Positions 55,914-64,000 of a stretch of 64,000 nucleotides of DNA are shown piece by piece (position 1 is the first letter of the stretch; every line of letters starts with the position of its first letter). The stretch comes from Bacteroidales bacterium (GTDB taxonomy: Bacteria; Bacteroidota; Bacteroidia; Bacteroidales; VadinHA17). Below the pieces are notes generated by a model. That model ran no database searches and was not told the origin of the DNA. It worked only from the letters and a program-made list of their open reading frames with translations. Location of the stretch: assembly GCA_036261265.1 (NCBI GenBank), contig DATALC010000096.1:2590-66589 (forward strand), read 5' to 3'. Position numbers and translations under genes: made by a program.

Positions 55914-57335
55914 CTATCTTGATGTAAGAATTTTTCCAATCTGATCCATCAGGTCAAAAATGTAATCACCCATCGTCGGACCGAACCACCCCATTGATCT
56001 CGGCTCATAATGATCAAGGTAAAAGTACTTCCCCGGGATAATATAACCGACATAGCTCCCATTGTATCCTGTTACAAGCGATTTGTATTCGTTCGCCGCA
56101 AGCAGTCTTCTCATAAATAATGCAGATTCACCGCTGAAATCACCCGGTGTGAAAAACCAGATGAGATTGTTTATTGAGAGCGCCTGTATAAAAACATTCT
56201 GAGGGAGAGCCATCAGCCTTTTGCTGAAACATGTTGTGAAGTTGCGGTTGGCTGTCATCCTGAAATGATAAGGAGGTAGGGACGTTGCAAGTGAAATGGA
56301 GGCTATTGACGCAACATTTCCCGGCCGGATTTTTTCTAAACCGACGAGGACACTGTCAGCAAGAGATTCTCCTATAAAAGCAGAACTCCCGAATTCTTTC
56401 CCCGGACCGTAAGGGCTCTGGCCCGCCATTGAGCCGCCACAGAACATAGCAAGATCAATACCTGAATCCTCGATCTTTCTTGACCAGTATCCCGGGTAAT
56501 CACCGCTTATAAGGGTGTTTTTTCGTGATAATGTCGTGGCATGGGCTGAATATGAGCCTATTATTGCTTTCTTTCCACTGATTTGTTCAATAAGAATGTA
56601 ATCAAAGATTGTATTATTATGATACTGATCTCCTGTAAGCCGATTCACAGTATATCCTGGCGCATCGAATGAACCAGCTGCTACCCTCGAAGTCTTGAGA
56701 TCATTTACAGCATCAATAACAGCATTGCTTATCTGTGCTGAAAGCCAGGATTCAATATTCCTGTTCCTTTTGCCGGCCATTATCTTAGCAAGCGGTCCAT
56801 AACCCCAGCCACCAACACCTGAGTGTGTGTGAGTTGCTGTAAAAAAGAGCTGATCTCTTGTAAAGCCTTTAACTTTAAGTCTCGATACAACAGAGTCAAC
56901 AACATCAGGAGGCATTATAAGCATCTCCCCACTCACTATTATATTTATTTCTGATCCTGCCTTAAGTGCTATCGCCCTGACGAAAGTACTGTCATGGATT
57001 CCTGTTGCATACTTAGTCTTCAACTGACCATAACCGGCAATAGGTATTTCATGCTTTTCATTGTATTTTGCTGTCAAAACACTTGCATCCGGCACGAGGT
57101 TCCTTTTCGAAAAACCTGCGAACAAAGAATCCGTGACATGATTAATTCCTGATTTTGCTTTGTCAAGCTCTGTAATAGTTTTCCTGTAATAATCTGTTTT
57201 GAAATATGGTGTTTTTACGACTGCGCAACCTGGAAGGAAAATGCCGGCAAGCACTGTTAATAAAATAACAGCAAGATGATGTCCACGCTTATCAATGCAA
57301 CCTAAATAAATTGATTTTAAGAGGTATGAGATCAT
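55914..57335 (-). CDS. Neutral/alkaline ceramidase N-terminal-domain-like hydrolase, membrane-anchored or secreted
   Basis: N-terminal TM segment. ATHTHSGVGGWG resembles the ceramidase zinc-site motif. Confidence 0.65.
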   Translation of the reverse strand: MISYLLKSIYLGCIDKRGHHLAVILLTVLAGIFLPGCAVVKTPYFKTDYYRKTITELDKAKSGINHVTDSLFAGFSKRNLVPDASVLTAKYNEKHEIPIAGYGQLKTKYATGIHDSTFVRAIALKAGSEINIIVSGEMLIMPPDVVDSVVSRLKVKGFTRDQLFFTATHTHSGVGGWGYGPLAKIMAGKRNRNIESWLSAQISNAVIDAVNDLKTSRVAAGSFDAPGYTVNRLTGDQYHNNTIFDYILIEQISGKKAIIGSYSAHATTLSRKNTLISGDYPGYWSRKIEDSGIDLAMFCGGSMAGQSPYGPGKEFGSSAFIGESLADSVLVGLEKIRPGNVASIASISLATSLPPYHFRMTANRNFTTCFSKRLMALPQNVFIQALSINNLIWFFTPGDFSGESALFMRRLLAANEYKSLVTGYNGSYVGYIIPGKYFYLDHYEPRSMGWFGPTMGDYIFDLMDQIGKILTSR

Positions 57336-57337
57336 TA

Positions 57338-58729
57338 TCAGTAAGTTTCAGGTCTGATCTCATTCGGCATCAGCTTCTTCCACTCGCCAAAGCTTTTATT
57401 TGACAACCATTTCTCAAAAGTTCTCATACCAAGATTAACCTTTGAAAGTATATAACCATCTGAGTTTCCTGTATCCTGCAGGATCACTCCATTTGGATCG
57501 ATGATCAGGCTTCCTCTTTTTTCATACATCGATGCCGTAAAGAATACTGCATTATCTATTGCACGTGCTCTCGCGACAATACTCCATTCCTGCCTCAATC
57601 CGCGTATATCTCCTGCAATCGGGCAGAATATGATTTCTGCTCCGTTAAGGGTCAGTTGATGTGCAACTTCCGGGAAAAAGTTATCATAACAAATCTCCAT
57701 ACCGATCGTACCGAAATCTGTTTTAAATACAGGATATGTATCACCGGGAGTCAGTCCTCCTTCGACTTCCGTCTGGGGAAGATGCGTCTTCCTGTATCTC
57801 CCCGCTACTTCGCCCTTCCGGTCAAGGAGTACTGCTGTGTTATATATTAAAGATCCTTCTCTTTCATAAATGCCGGCTACAACGTATATGCCTGCTTTTC
57901 GGGCGGCATCCCCCAGTATTTTAGTTGTCGGTCCGGGAACCGGCTCGGCCGCATCAGAATAGCTTTTTCCGGTTGAAACTGTTGTAATTCCTTCACCGAG
58001 GCAGATAATATCTGCACCCTTATTGCCAGCCTCTGATATCATCTCCGAATAGAATTTCAGATTTTTTTCAGTTGTCGAAGGATAATTCGGCCATGAAGAA
58101 GCTGTTGCTATCACAACGTGTCTCTGTAATGATGCCGGCGCCTTTTCAACATGAAGATCGTCCCACCATACAGAGCCGCTTCCCGCCCATTGAAGAATGA
58201 GCCTGATATTCATCCCTGCTGCATTCAAGGGCGCTGCTCTTAAGCCTGTAAAACGGTGCCATCCCTTCTCTGTTGTTATGTCTGAAATGAATTCAGTCAA
58301 TAGCTCATTGCTGTTCTTATCGAGCCATGTGATTTTTATTCTTATGTTTTTCTCAGGGTTCACTTCGGTGGAGGTCCTGAAATATCCGCTGATAACATAA
58401 TTATTTGTCCCAAGAAAATCAGAATCCGCCAGAGTAATGATGTCCCTGATTTTCGATGAACCTGACTCTATCCCTGTAAATGAAGTTTGCAGGTAGCCAT
58501 AGGTGCCAATGCTTCCTTTTGCTGAAATCTTTGCTGAATGCTTTCCTGAATGTGAAACCGAATTGTCAGTTGAAAATTCAGGAGCAATTTCTGCCCGCGG
58601 ATACATTTCAGACCATCCGTCAGGAAGGTTCCCCTTTTGTATTTCAAAGCTGTTATTCGGAACAAGATTTTGAGATCGCAATGGGGAAGAAATTATCAAT
58701 GAGAGTATTATGAATACATATCTTGTCAT
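57338..58729 (-). CDS. Carbon-nitrogen hydrolase (nitrilase superfamily) with N-terminal carbohydrate-binding-module-like jelly-roll, secreted
   Basis: Signal peptide. LVPN.SFE......P.GW ... WWDD..V resembles CBM4/9. The C-terminal domain has the E (LGEG), K (YRKTHL) and C (MEICYD) triad. Confidence 0.78.
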   Translation of the reverse strand: MTRYVFIILSLIISSPLRSQNLVPNNSFEIQKGNLPDGWSEMYPRAEIAPEFSTDNSVSHSGKHSAKISAKGSIGTYGYLQTSFTGIESGSSKIRDIITLADSDFLGTNNYVISGYFRTSTEVNPEKNIRIKITWLDKNSNELLTEFISDITTEKGWHRFTGLRAAPLNAAGMNIRLILQWAGSGSVWWDDLHVEKAPASLQRHVVIATASSWPNYPSTTEKNLKFYSEMISEAGNKGADIICLGEGITTVSTGKSYSDAAEPVPGPTTKILGDAARKAGIYVVAGIYEREGSLIYNTAVLLDRKGEVAGRYRKTHLPQTEVEGGLTPGDTYPVFKTDFGTIGMEICYDNFFPEVAHQLTLNGAEIIFCPIAGDIRGLRQEWSIVARARAIDNAVFFTASMYEKRGSLIIDPNGVILQDTGNSDGYILSKVNLGMRTFEKWLSNKSFGEWKKLMPNEIRPETY

Positions 58730-58860
58730 GGATATTAATGTGTTGTAGTTTCAAATATCGTAAAAAATCGGGTCGTAATCATTATTCTTCCCAACAGGTT
58801 TAAATACTTAATGATTTCTTATAAATGCATTAAGAGCTTTATTATAATCATCAATTATAT

Positions 58861-58868
58861 TATTTTTG
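58861..58868 (+). promoter_or_regulatory. -7 box (TAnnTTTG) for proB
   Basis: TATTTTTG, 39 nt upstream of the proB start at 58907. Confidence 0.35.
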
Positions 58869-58906
58869 CGAACGAAATCAAATGAATACGTATAAAAAGT
58901 TTTAAA

Positions 58907-60031
58907 TTGAAAAAAGGATTACCTGAATTTAAAAGGGTCACAATAAAGGTTGGCAGCAATGTTGTGACCCAGTGTGACGGATCTCTTAATATTGGACGTA
59001 TCCTGCGTATTGTAGAGGATGTTGCCGTCCTGTACAAACAGGGTATCGATATTGTTCTGGTATCATCGGGCGCTGTGGCTTCAGGAAGAAGTGATGTGAA
59101 GCTGTCAAGAAAGACAAACATTGTTGCTGCAAAACAGGTTTGGGCCGCAATCGGACAGGTAAAACTCATGTCGAGCTACCAGTTTCTATTTGGCAAATAC
59201 GGTATTGAGGCCGGTCAGGTACTCGCTGCCAAGGAAAGCTTCAGCGACAGGCAGCATTACCTTAACATGAAGAATTGTATCTCTGCAATGCACGAGAACA
59301 GGATCCTGCCGATTGTAAACGAGAACGATACTATTTCAATACAGGAACTTATGTTCACTGATAATGACGAATTGTCAGGATTGATGTGTTCAATGATGGA
59401 CAGCCAGTCACTGATAATACTCTCGAATGTTGACGGTATATATAACGGGCATCCCGGCGATCCGGGTACAGAGCTCATCAGGAAGATTGAAAATGAATCT
59501 GATAACCCTGAGAAATTCATTTCTTCGGAAAAGTCCGGTTTCGGACGCGGAGGAATGCTTACAAAATGCTCAATAGCACGTAAGATGGCTTCAATGGGAA
59601 TTGATGTATTCATTGCAAATGGCAACCGGGATTCAATTATATCTGATATAGTAAAGGGGAAGGATGTACCATATACTCATTTTGCCGCAGCTGTAAGAAA
59701 GAAATCAGGTGTAAAGAAATGGTTGTCATACTCAGATACATTTGCCCGCGGGGCTGTAATTGTAAACGATGGAGCCAGAGAGGCTCTTCTCGGGGATAAG
59801 GCAACAAGCCTTTTGATGGTAGGTATAACAGAAATAAAAGGAATTTTCAGGAGCGGCGATATTGTAAAGATACTCGATGAGCATGGGAATTCGATAGGTT
59901 TGGGTAAATGCCAGTATGATTCTGAAAAAGCCGAACAGTATATAGGAAGGAAACTTTCCCGCCCTTTCATTCATTACCATTGCCTTGTCTTAAATGAAAA
60001 ATCAGAGAACCTGAAAGCCTCAAAGAACTGA
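58907..60031 (+). CDS. proB: Glutamate 5-kinase (with PUA domain)
   Basis: [21 protein letters not shown]. The C-terminal PUA region includes GDIV.I.D. Apparent TTG start with no nearby in-frame ATG. Confidence 0.9.
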   Translation: MKKGLPEFKRVTIKVGSNVVTQCDGSLNIGRILRIVEDVAVLYKQGIDIVLVSSGAVASGRSDVKLSRKTNIVAAKQVWAAIGQVKLMSSYQFLFGKYGIEAGQVLAAKESFSDRQHYLNMKNCISAMHENRILPIVNENDTISIQELMFTDNDELSGLMCSMMDSQSLIILSNVDGIYNGHPGDPGTELIRKIENESDNPEKFISSEKSGFGRGGMLTKCSIARKMASMGIDVFIANGNRDSIISDIVKGKDVPYTHFAAAVRKKSGVKKWLSYSDTFARGAVIVNDGAREALLGDKATSLLMVGITEIKGIFRSGDIVKILDEHGNSIGLGKCQYDSEKAEQYIGRKLSRPFIHYHCLVLNEKSENLKASKN

Positions 60032-60032
60032 T

Positions 60033-61280
60033 ATGAATTGCACTTCACTTTTTAAAAAAGCCAGGACGGCATCTGTGAACCTGAGGATGCTCGAAGATGA
60101 AGCAATAAAAAAGATGCTTCTCTCACTTGCCGATGTCGCTGTTGGAAGCTCCGGATACATTCTTTCTGAGAATATGAAGGATCTTGAAAGGATGGACAAA
60201 ACTGATCCAAACTATGACAGGTTATTACTTTCAGTTGAGAGGATTGAAGCAATTGCAGCAGATATCAGGAATGTAGCAGAATTAACTTCACCACTTGGTA
60301 ACGTAATTTCAAGTGATACAAGACCAAACGGGCTTAGAATTTCACGTATATCGGTTCCTTTCGGCGTTATAGGAATAATATACGAAGCACGGCCCAATGT
60401 TACATTTGATGTGTTTTCTCTATGCATAAAATCGGGAAATGCCTGTATCCTTAAAGGCGGGAGCGATGCAATACATTCAAATACTGCAATAGTTAAGATT
60501 ATTAAATCGGTTCTAAAGAAGAATAATATACCTGAAGATATCATCACTCTTCTGCCTGCAGGAAGGTCAGAAACGAAGCAGATGCTTAATGCATCTGAGT
60601 ATATCGATCTTGTGATTCCCCGCGGAAGCAGGAGCCTTATTGATTTCGTAAGGGAAAATGCCAATGTACCTGTTATAGAAACAGGCGCAGGGATCTGCCA
60701 TACTTACTTCGATGAATTCGGAGATAATGAAAAGGGCCGTGCTATTATTAATAATGCAAAAACAAGAAGAGTCAGCGTATGTAATGCGCTCGACTGTCTT
60801 ATAATTCACAGGAACAGGCTAAATGATCTCCCGTATCTTGTCAGTTTGTGTAAGGATTCGTCTGTAACAATATACGCCGACGATGATTCGTACAATTCTC
60901 TTGATGGCAAATATCCTTCCGATCTTCTGAAGAAAGCTGCACCTGAATCATACGGGACGGAATTCCTTTCATACAAAATGGCTGTAAAAACAGTCAATAC
61001 AATCGAAGCTGCTCTTGAACATATAGCAACGTACGGTTCAAAGCATAGCGAGGCAATAATTTCAGAAAACAATAACAGGATTATTTTGTTTAATAAAACA
61101 GTAGACGCTTCTTCTGTTTATTCAAATGCTTCAACTGCTTTTACAGACGGAGCGCAGTTCGGTCTGGGCGCGGAAATCGGCATTTCCACACAGAAATTGC
61201 ATGCCCGCGGTCCAATGGCCCTGGAAGCTCTCACTACATACAAGTGGATTATTGAAGGAAATGGTCAGGTTAGAAAATGA
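60033..61280 (+). CDS. proA: Glutamate-5-semialdehyde dehydrogenase
   Basis: [31 protein letters not shown].. and HSEAI motifs. It starts 1 nt after the proB stop. Confidence 0.92.
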   Translation: MNCTSLFKKARTASVNLRMLEDEAIKKMLLSLADVAVGSSGYILSENMKDLERMDKTDPNYDRLLLSVERIEAIAADIRNVAELTSPLGNVISSDTRPNGLRISRISVPFGVIGIIYEARPNVTFDVFSLCIKSGNACILKGGSDAIHSNTAIVKIIKSVLKKNNIPEDIITLLPAGRSETKQMLNASEYIDLVIPRGSRSLIDFVRENANVPVIETGAGICHTYFDEFGDNEKGRAIINNAKTRRVSVCNALDCLIIHRNRLNDLPYLVSLCKDSSVTIYADDDSYNSLDGKYPSDLLKKAAPESYGTEFLSYKMAVKTVNTIEAALEHIATYGSKHSEAIISENNNRIILFNKTVDASSVYSNASTAFTDGAQFGLGAEIGISTQKLHARGPMALEALTTYKWIIEGNGQVRK

Positions 61281-61296
61281 AAATTTAAATTTCAGG

Positions 61297-63549
61297 ATGA
61301 GACCCGGATTCGACACTATTGAAAAATTCTACCATGACCTGCCGGAAAAGCTTTCGGCTGTCAGAAAGGTTATCGGACACCCTCTTACATTGGCAGAGAA
61401 GGTACTTTATACGCATCTTTTCAATTCTGAATTGCAGCCTTACTACAGGGGCGAAGATTATGTTATGTTTTCACCCGACAGGATTGCAATGCAGGATGCG
61501 ACCGCGCAAATGGCAATGCTGCAGTTCATGCTAGCAGGTCAGGATAAATCGGCAGTTCCGGCCTCGATACATTGTGATCACCTTATAATCGCAAGTGATG
61601 GCGCCGGTACTGATCTTGAAACTGCAAATGTTACAAACAGGGAGGTTTATGACTTCCTCAGATCTTCGTGCAGTAAATATAATATAGACTTCTGGAAACC
61701 CGGCGCCGGAATAATCCACCAGGTAGTGCTTGAAAATTATGCCTTCCCGGGAGGGATGATGATAGGGACTGATTCACACACTCCTAATGCCGGGGGACTG
61801 GGAATGATAGCAATAGGCGTCGGCGGCGCTGATGCTGTTGATGTAATGACTGCCATGGGATGGGAGCTTAAGTTCCCGAAGATCATTGGAGTAAGGTTGC
61901 ACGGGAAGCTGAGCGGATGGACATCCCCAAAAGATGTTATATTAAAGATTACAGGTCTTCTAACAGTCAAAGGAGGAACAGGTCATATAATAGAATATTT
62001 TGGAGAAGGGGCTGCGGCGCTTTCATGCACGGGGAAAGCCACAATCTGCAACATGGGAGCCGAAACGGGGGCAACATGCTCAATTTTTGGCTATGATGAC
62101 TCAATGGCATCATTTCTTAAGCTCACTGGAAGAGGCGATATTGCTGATATGGCGTCTGCCGTTTCAGCTCATCTCAGGGCTGATGATGAAATCTTTTCGG
62201 ATCCTTCAAAATATTATGATCAGTTCATAGAGATTGACCTCACCGAACTTGAACCTCATATTAATGGTCCATTCAGCCCGGATATTGCGACTCCACTTTC
62301 GAAGATGAAGGAAGTTGCTGAGAAGAATGGCTGGCCTGTGAATGTAGAGGTTGGACTGATAGGATCATGCACAAATTCTTCATTCGAGGATCTTTCAAAG
62401 GCTGCATCGGTTGCCAAAAGCGCTTTGAAGCTCGGCATTAAACCAAAATCGGGATTTAAAATATCTCCCGGATCAGACAGGGTTCAGAAAATCGCTGAAA
62501 AAGCCGGATTCATTGACGTCTTTAAGGAGATTGGAGGAGAAATGTATGCTAATGCATGCGGACCATGCATCGGGCAATGGAATCGAAAGTCTTCAGATGA
62601 CAACAGTGTGAATACTATTATCCATTCTTTTAACAGAAACTTTGCAAAGAGGGCCGACGGTAACCCGAATACTCACGCTTTTGTTGCATCCCCTGAAATT
62701 GTGACGGCTCTCGCTATAGCAGGAAAGCTTACTTTCAATCCAATGGAGGATACACTTCCCGGCGACGGAGGAAAAAATGTGATGTTGCCCGAGCCTGTGA
62801 ATACTGAAATACAATTATCTGCATTATCAGGCGTTTTGCAGGAGCCTTCAGGAAATGAAAAATATAATGACGATGTAATAATATCCCCTGTTTCAGAGAG
62901 ATTGCAAATGCTTGAATCTTTCCCTGCCTGGGATGGGAATGATTTTCACAAACTCCCTTTGCTTATGAAAGTCTCGGGGAAATGCACGACTGATCATATC
63001 TCGATGGCCGGGCGCTGGCTAAAATACCGTGGTCATCTCCGGAATATTTCAGAAAATTACATGATTGGAGCTGTAAATAGCTTTAATGGAAAAACAAACA
63101 GTATTCTGAATACTTTGACAAGTGAATATGAGCAGGTTCCGAAAGTCGCAGCACATTACAGGGATTCATTGAAGGGTTCAGTGGTTGTTGGTGAAGATAA
63201 TTTCGGAGAAGGCTCATCCCGCGAACATGCAGCAATGGAACCAAGATTTCTTGGTGTAAAAGCAATATTAGTGAAGTCCTTTGCAAGGATTCATGAAACA
63301 AACCTCAAGAAACAGGGTGTTCTTACACTCACATTCATCAACAGGGATGATTATGAAAAGATCAGGGAAAGAGACCTTATAAGTATCACCGGACTGAGTG
63401 ATTTTAAAGCAGGCGTCAATCTTATTGTTACCCTGCATCATATTGATAATTCAATTGAGGTTTTCCCTGTAATACATTCATACAATGAATTACAGATAGA
63501 ATGGTTTAAAGCAGGAAGTGCACTTAATATAATCCGATATAGAAAATGA
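61297..63549 (+). CDS. Aconitate hydratase (about 750-aa mitochondrial-type)
   Basis: [33 protein letters not shown] and CGPCIGQW (Fe-S ligands), GSSREHAA. The ORF-track start at 61126 lies inside proA, so the ATG at 61297 is preferred. Confidence 0.92.
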   Translation: MRPGFDTIEKFYHDLPEKLSAVRKVIGHPLTLAEKVLYTHLFNSELQPYYRGEDYVMFSPDRIAMQDATAQMAMLQFMLAGQDKSAVPASIHCDHLIIASDGAGTDLETANVTNREVYDFLRSSCSKYNIDFWKPGAGIIHQVVLENYAFPGGMMIGTDSHTPNAGGLGMIAIGVGGADAVDVMTAMGWELKFPKIIGVRLHGKLSGWTSPKDVILKITGLLTVKGGTGHIIEYFGEGAAALSCTGKATICNMGAETGATCSIFGYDDSMASFLKLTGRGDIADMASAVSAHLRADDEIFSDPSKYYDQFIEIDLTELEPHINGPFSPDIATPLSKMKEVAEKNGWPVNVEVGLIGSCTNSSFEDLSKAASVAKSALKLGIKPKSGFKISPGSDRVQKIAEKAGFIDVFKEIGGEMYANACGPCIGQWNRKSSDDNSVNTIIHSFNRNFAKRADGNPNTHAFVASPEIVTALAIAGKLTFNPMEDTLPGDGGKNVMLPEPVNTEIQLSALSGVLQEPSGNEKYNDDVIISPVSERLQMLESFPAWDGNDFHKLPLLMKVSGKCTTDHISMAGRWLKYRGHLRNISENYMIGAVNSFNGKTNSILNTLTSEYEQVPKVAAHYRDSLKGSVVVGEDNFGEGSSREHAAMEPRFLGVKAILVKSFARIHETNLKKQGVLTLTFINRDDYEKIRERDLISITGLSDFKAGVNLIVTLHHIDNSIEVFPVIHSYNELQIEWFKAGSALNIIRYRK

Positions 63550-64000
63550 TACCTGAAAAAATCAAGCTTGAAAACGGTAAACTGATAGTTCCTGATAATC
63601 CTGTGATCCCATTTATTGAAGGCGATGGCACCGGACGCGATATCTGGAAAGCATCAGTTCGGGTTTTTGACGCTGCCGTTAATAAAGCATATAATGGTAA
63701 AAGGAAAGTCGCCTGGAAGGAGCTTCTTGCGGGTGAAAAGGCATTTGAGCTGACAGGCAGCTGGCTTCCTGAGGATACTCTCACAGGTTTCCGCGATTAT
63801 CTTGTTGGAATAAAAGGTCCCCTTACTACTCCTGTTGGGGAAGGTATGCGTTCACTGAATGTAGCGCTGAGGCAGTTACTGGACCTGTATACCTGCTACC
63901 GGCCTGTAAGGTATTTCAATGGTGTTCCAAGTCCCGTAAAACGACCTGAGCTTGTCGATATGCATATATTCAGGGAAAACACTGAGGATATATATGCAGG
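63546..64000 (+). CDS. icd: NADP-dependent isocitrate dehydrogenase (3' truncated by the window edge)
   Basis: This is my own translation, because the ORF runs off the window and is absent from the track: [34 protein letters not shown]...[56 protein letters not shown]. It is near-collinear with enterobacterial Icd. ATGA overlap with the aconitase stop. Confidence 0.9.
   Translation, partial: MIPEKIKLENGKLIVPDNPVIPFIEGDGTGRDIWKASVRVFDAAVNKAYNGKRKVAWKELLAGEKAFELTGSWLPEDTLTGFRDYLVGIKGPLTTPVGEGMRSLNVALRQLLDLYTCYRPVRYFNGVPSPVKRPELVDMHIFRENTEDIYA

Noticed and set aside
61126-61296. ORF-track start of the aconitase ORF 155 nt inside proA
   Set aside because: The extension ([17 protein letters not shown]...) has no aconitase similarity and overlaps the well-conserved proA C-terminus. 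The ATG at 61297 gives a normal N-terminus ([17 protein letters not shown]...). The same logic rejects 11860 for the RluA gene, 36105 for the ABM gene and 45733 for the lipoprotein.
1-64000. CRISPR arrays, rRNA genes, IS elements, prophage or known defence-system genes
   Set aside because: I saw no regularly spaced direct repeats with unique spacers. I also saw no cas, transposase, integrase, reverse-transcriptase, restriction or abortive-infection motifs in any translated ORF. Every intergenic gap is under 350 bp.

Overview
This window looks like an ordinary chromosomal segment of a Bacteroidota genome. Three things support that assignment: T9SS type A and type B C-terminal sorting domains, a PorP/SprF gene, and TAnnTTTG -7 boxes upstream of many start codons. 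It also carries TonB-dependent receptor/DUF4249 genes and a mitochondrial-type aconitase next to icd. About 53 protein genes are densely packed, mixing housekeeping and glycan or peptide scavenging functions.

Housekeeping genes:
- dnaK, panB, fmt, ribBA, xseAB, cdd, tldD/pmbA, proBA, aconitase and icd
- a CCA-adding enzyme, a thioredoxin, an LptF/G permease and a two-component pair

Scavenging genes:
- a GH38 mannosidase and two GH29 fucosidases
- DUF1080, Gfo/Idh/MocA and TIM-barrel isomerase proteins
- an S8 protease and two gluzincin peptidases
- a ceramidase-like protein and a nitrilase-superfamily hydrolase

There is one tRNA(CAT) gene. I found no integrase, transposase, phage gene, CRISPR array, rRNA or recognisable defence system.

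The best candidate for an undescribed system is a tightly coupled five-gene outer-membrane module at 46879-54922. It encodes a GH29 fucosidase, an orphan secreted protein, an STN-bearing TonB-dependent receptor, a DUF4249 lipoprotein and a barrel-less MG2/Plug protein. It has no SusD and no sigma/anti-sigma partner.

Smaller oddities:
- a tRNA 5'-half copy sitting as leader in front of the intact tRNA
- a MITE-like pair of inverted GC hairpins flanked by a 10-bp direct repeat
- a 12-bp-periodic AACGTATTA repeat array
- an orphan hairpin plus terminator upstream of a Tat-signal TldD

All functional calls come from reading motifs in the supplied translations. No database search was run.
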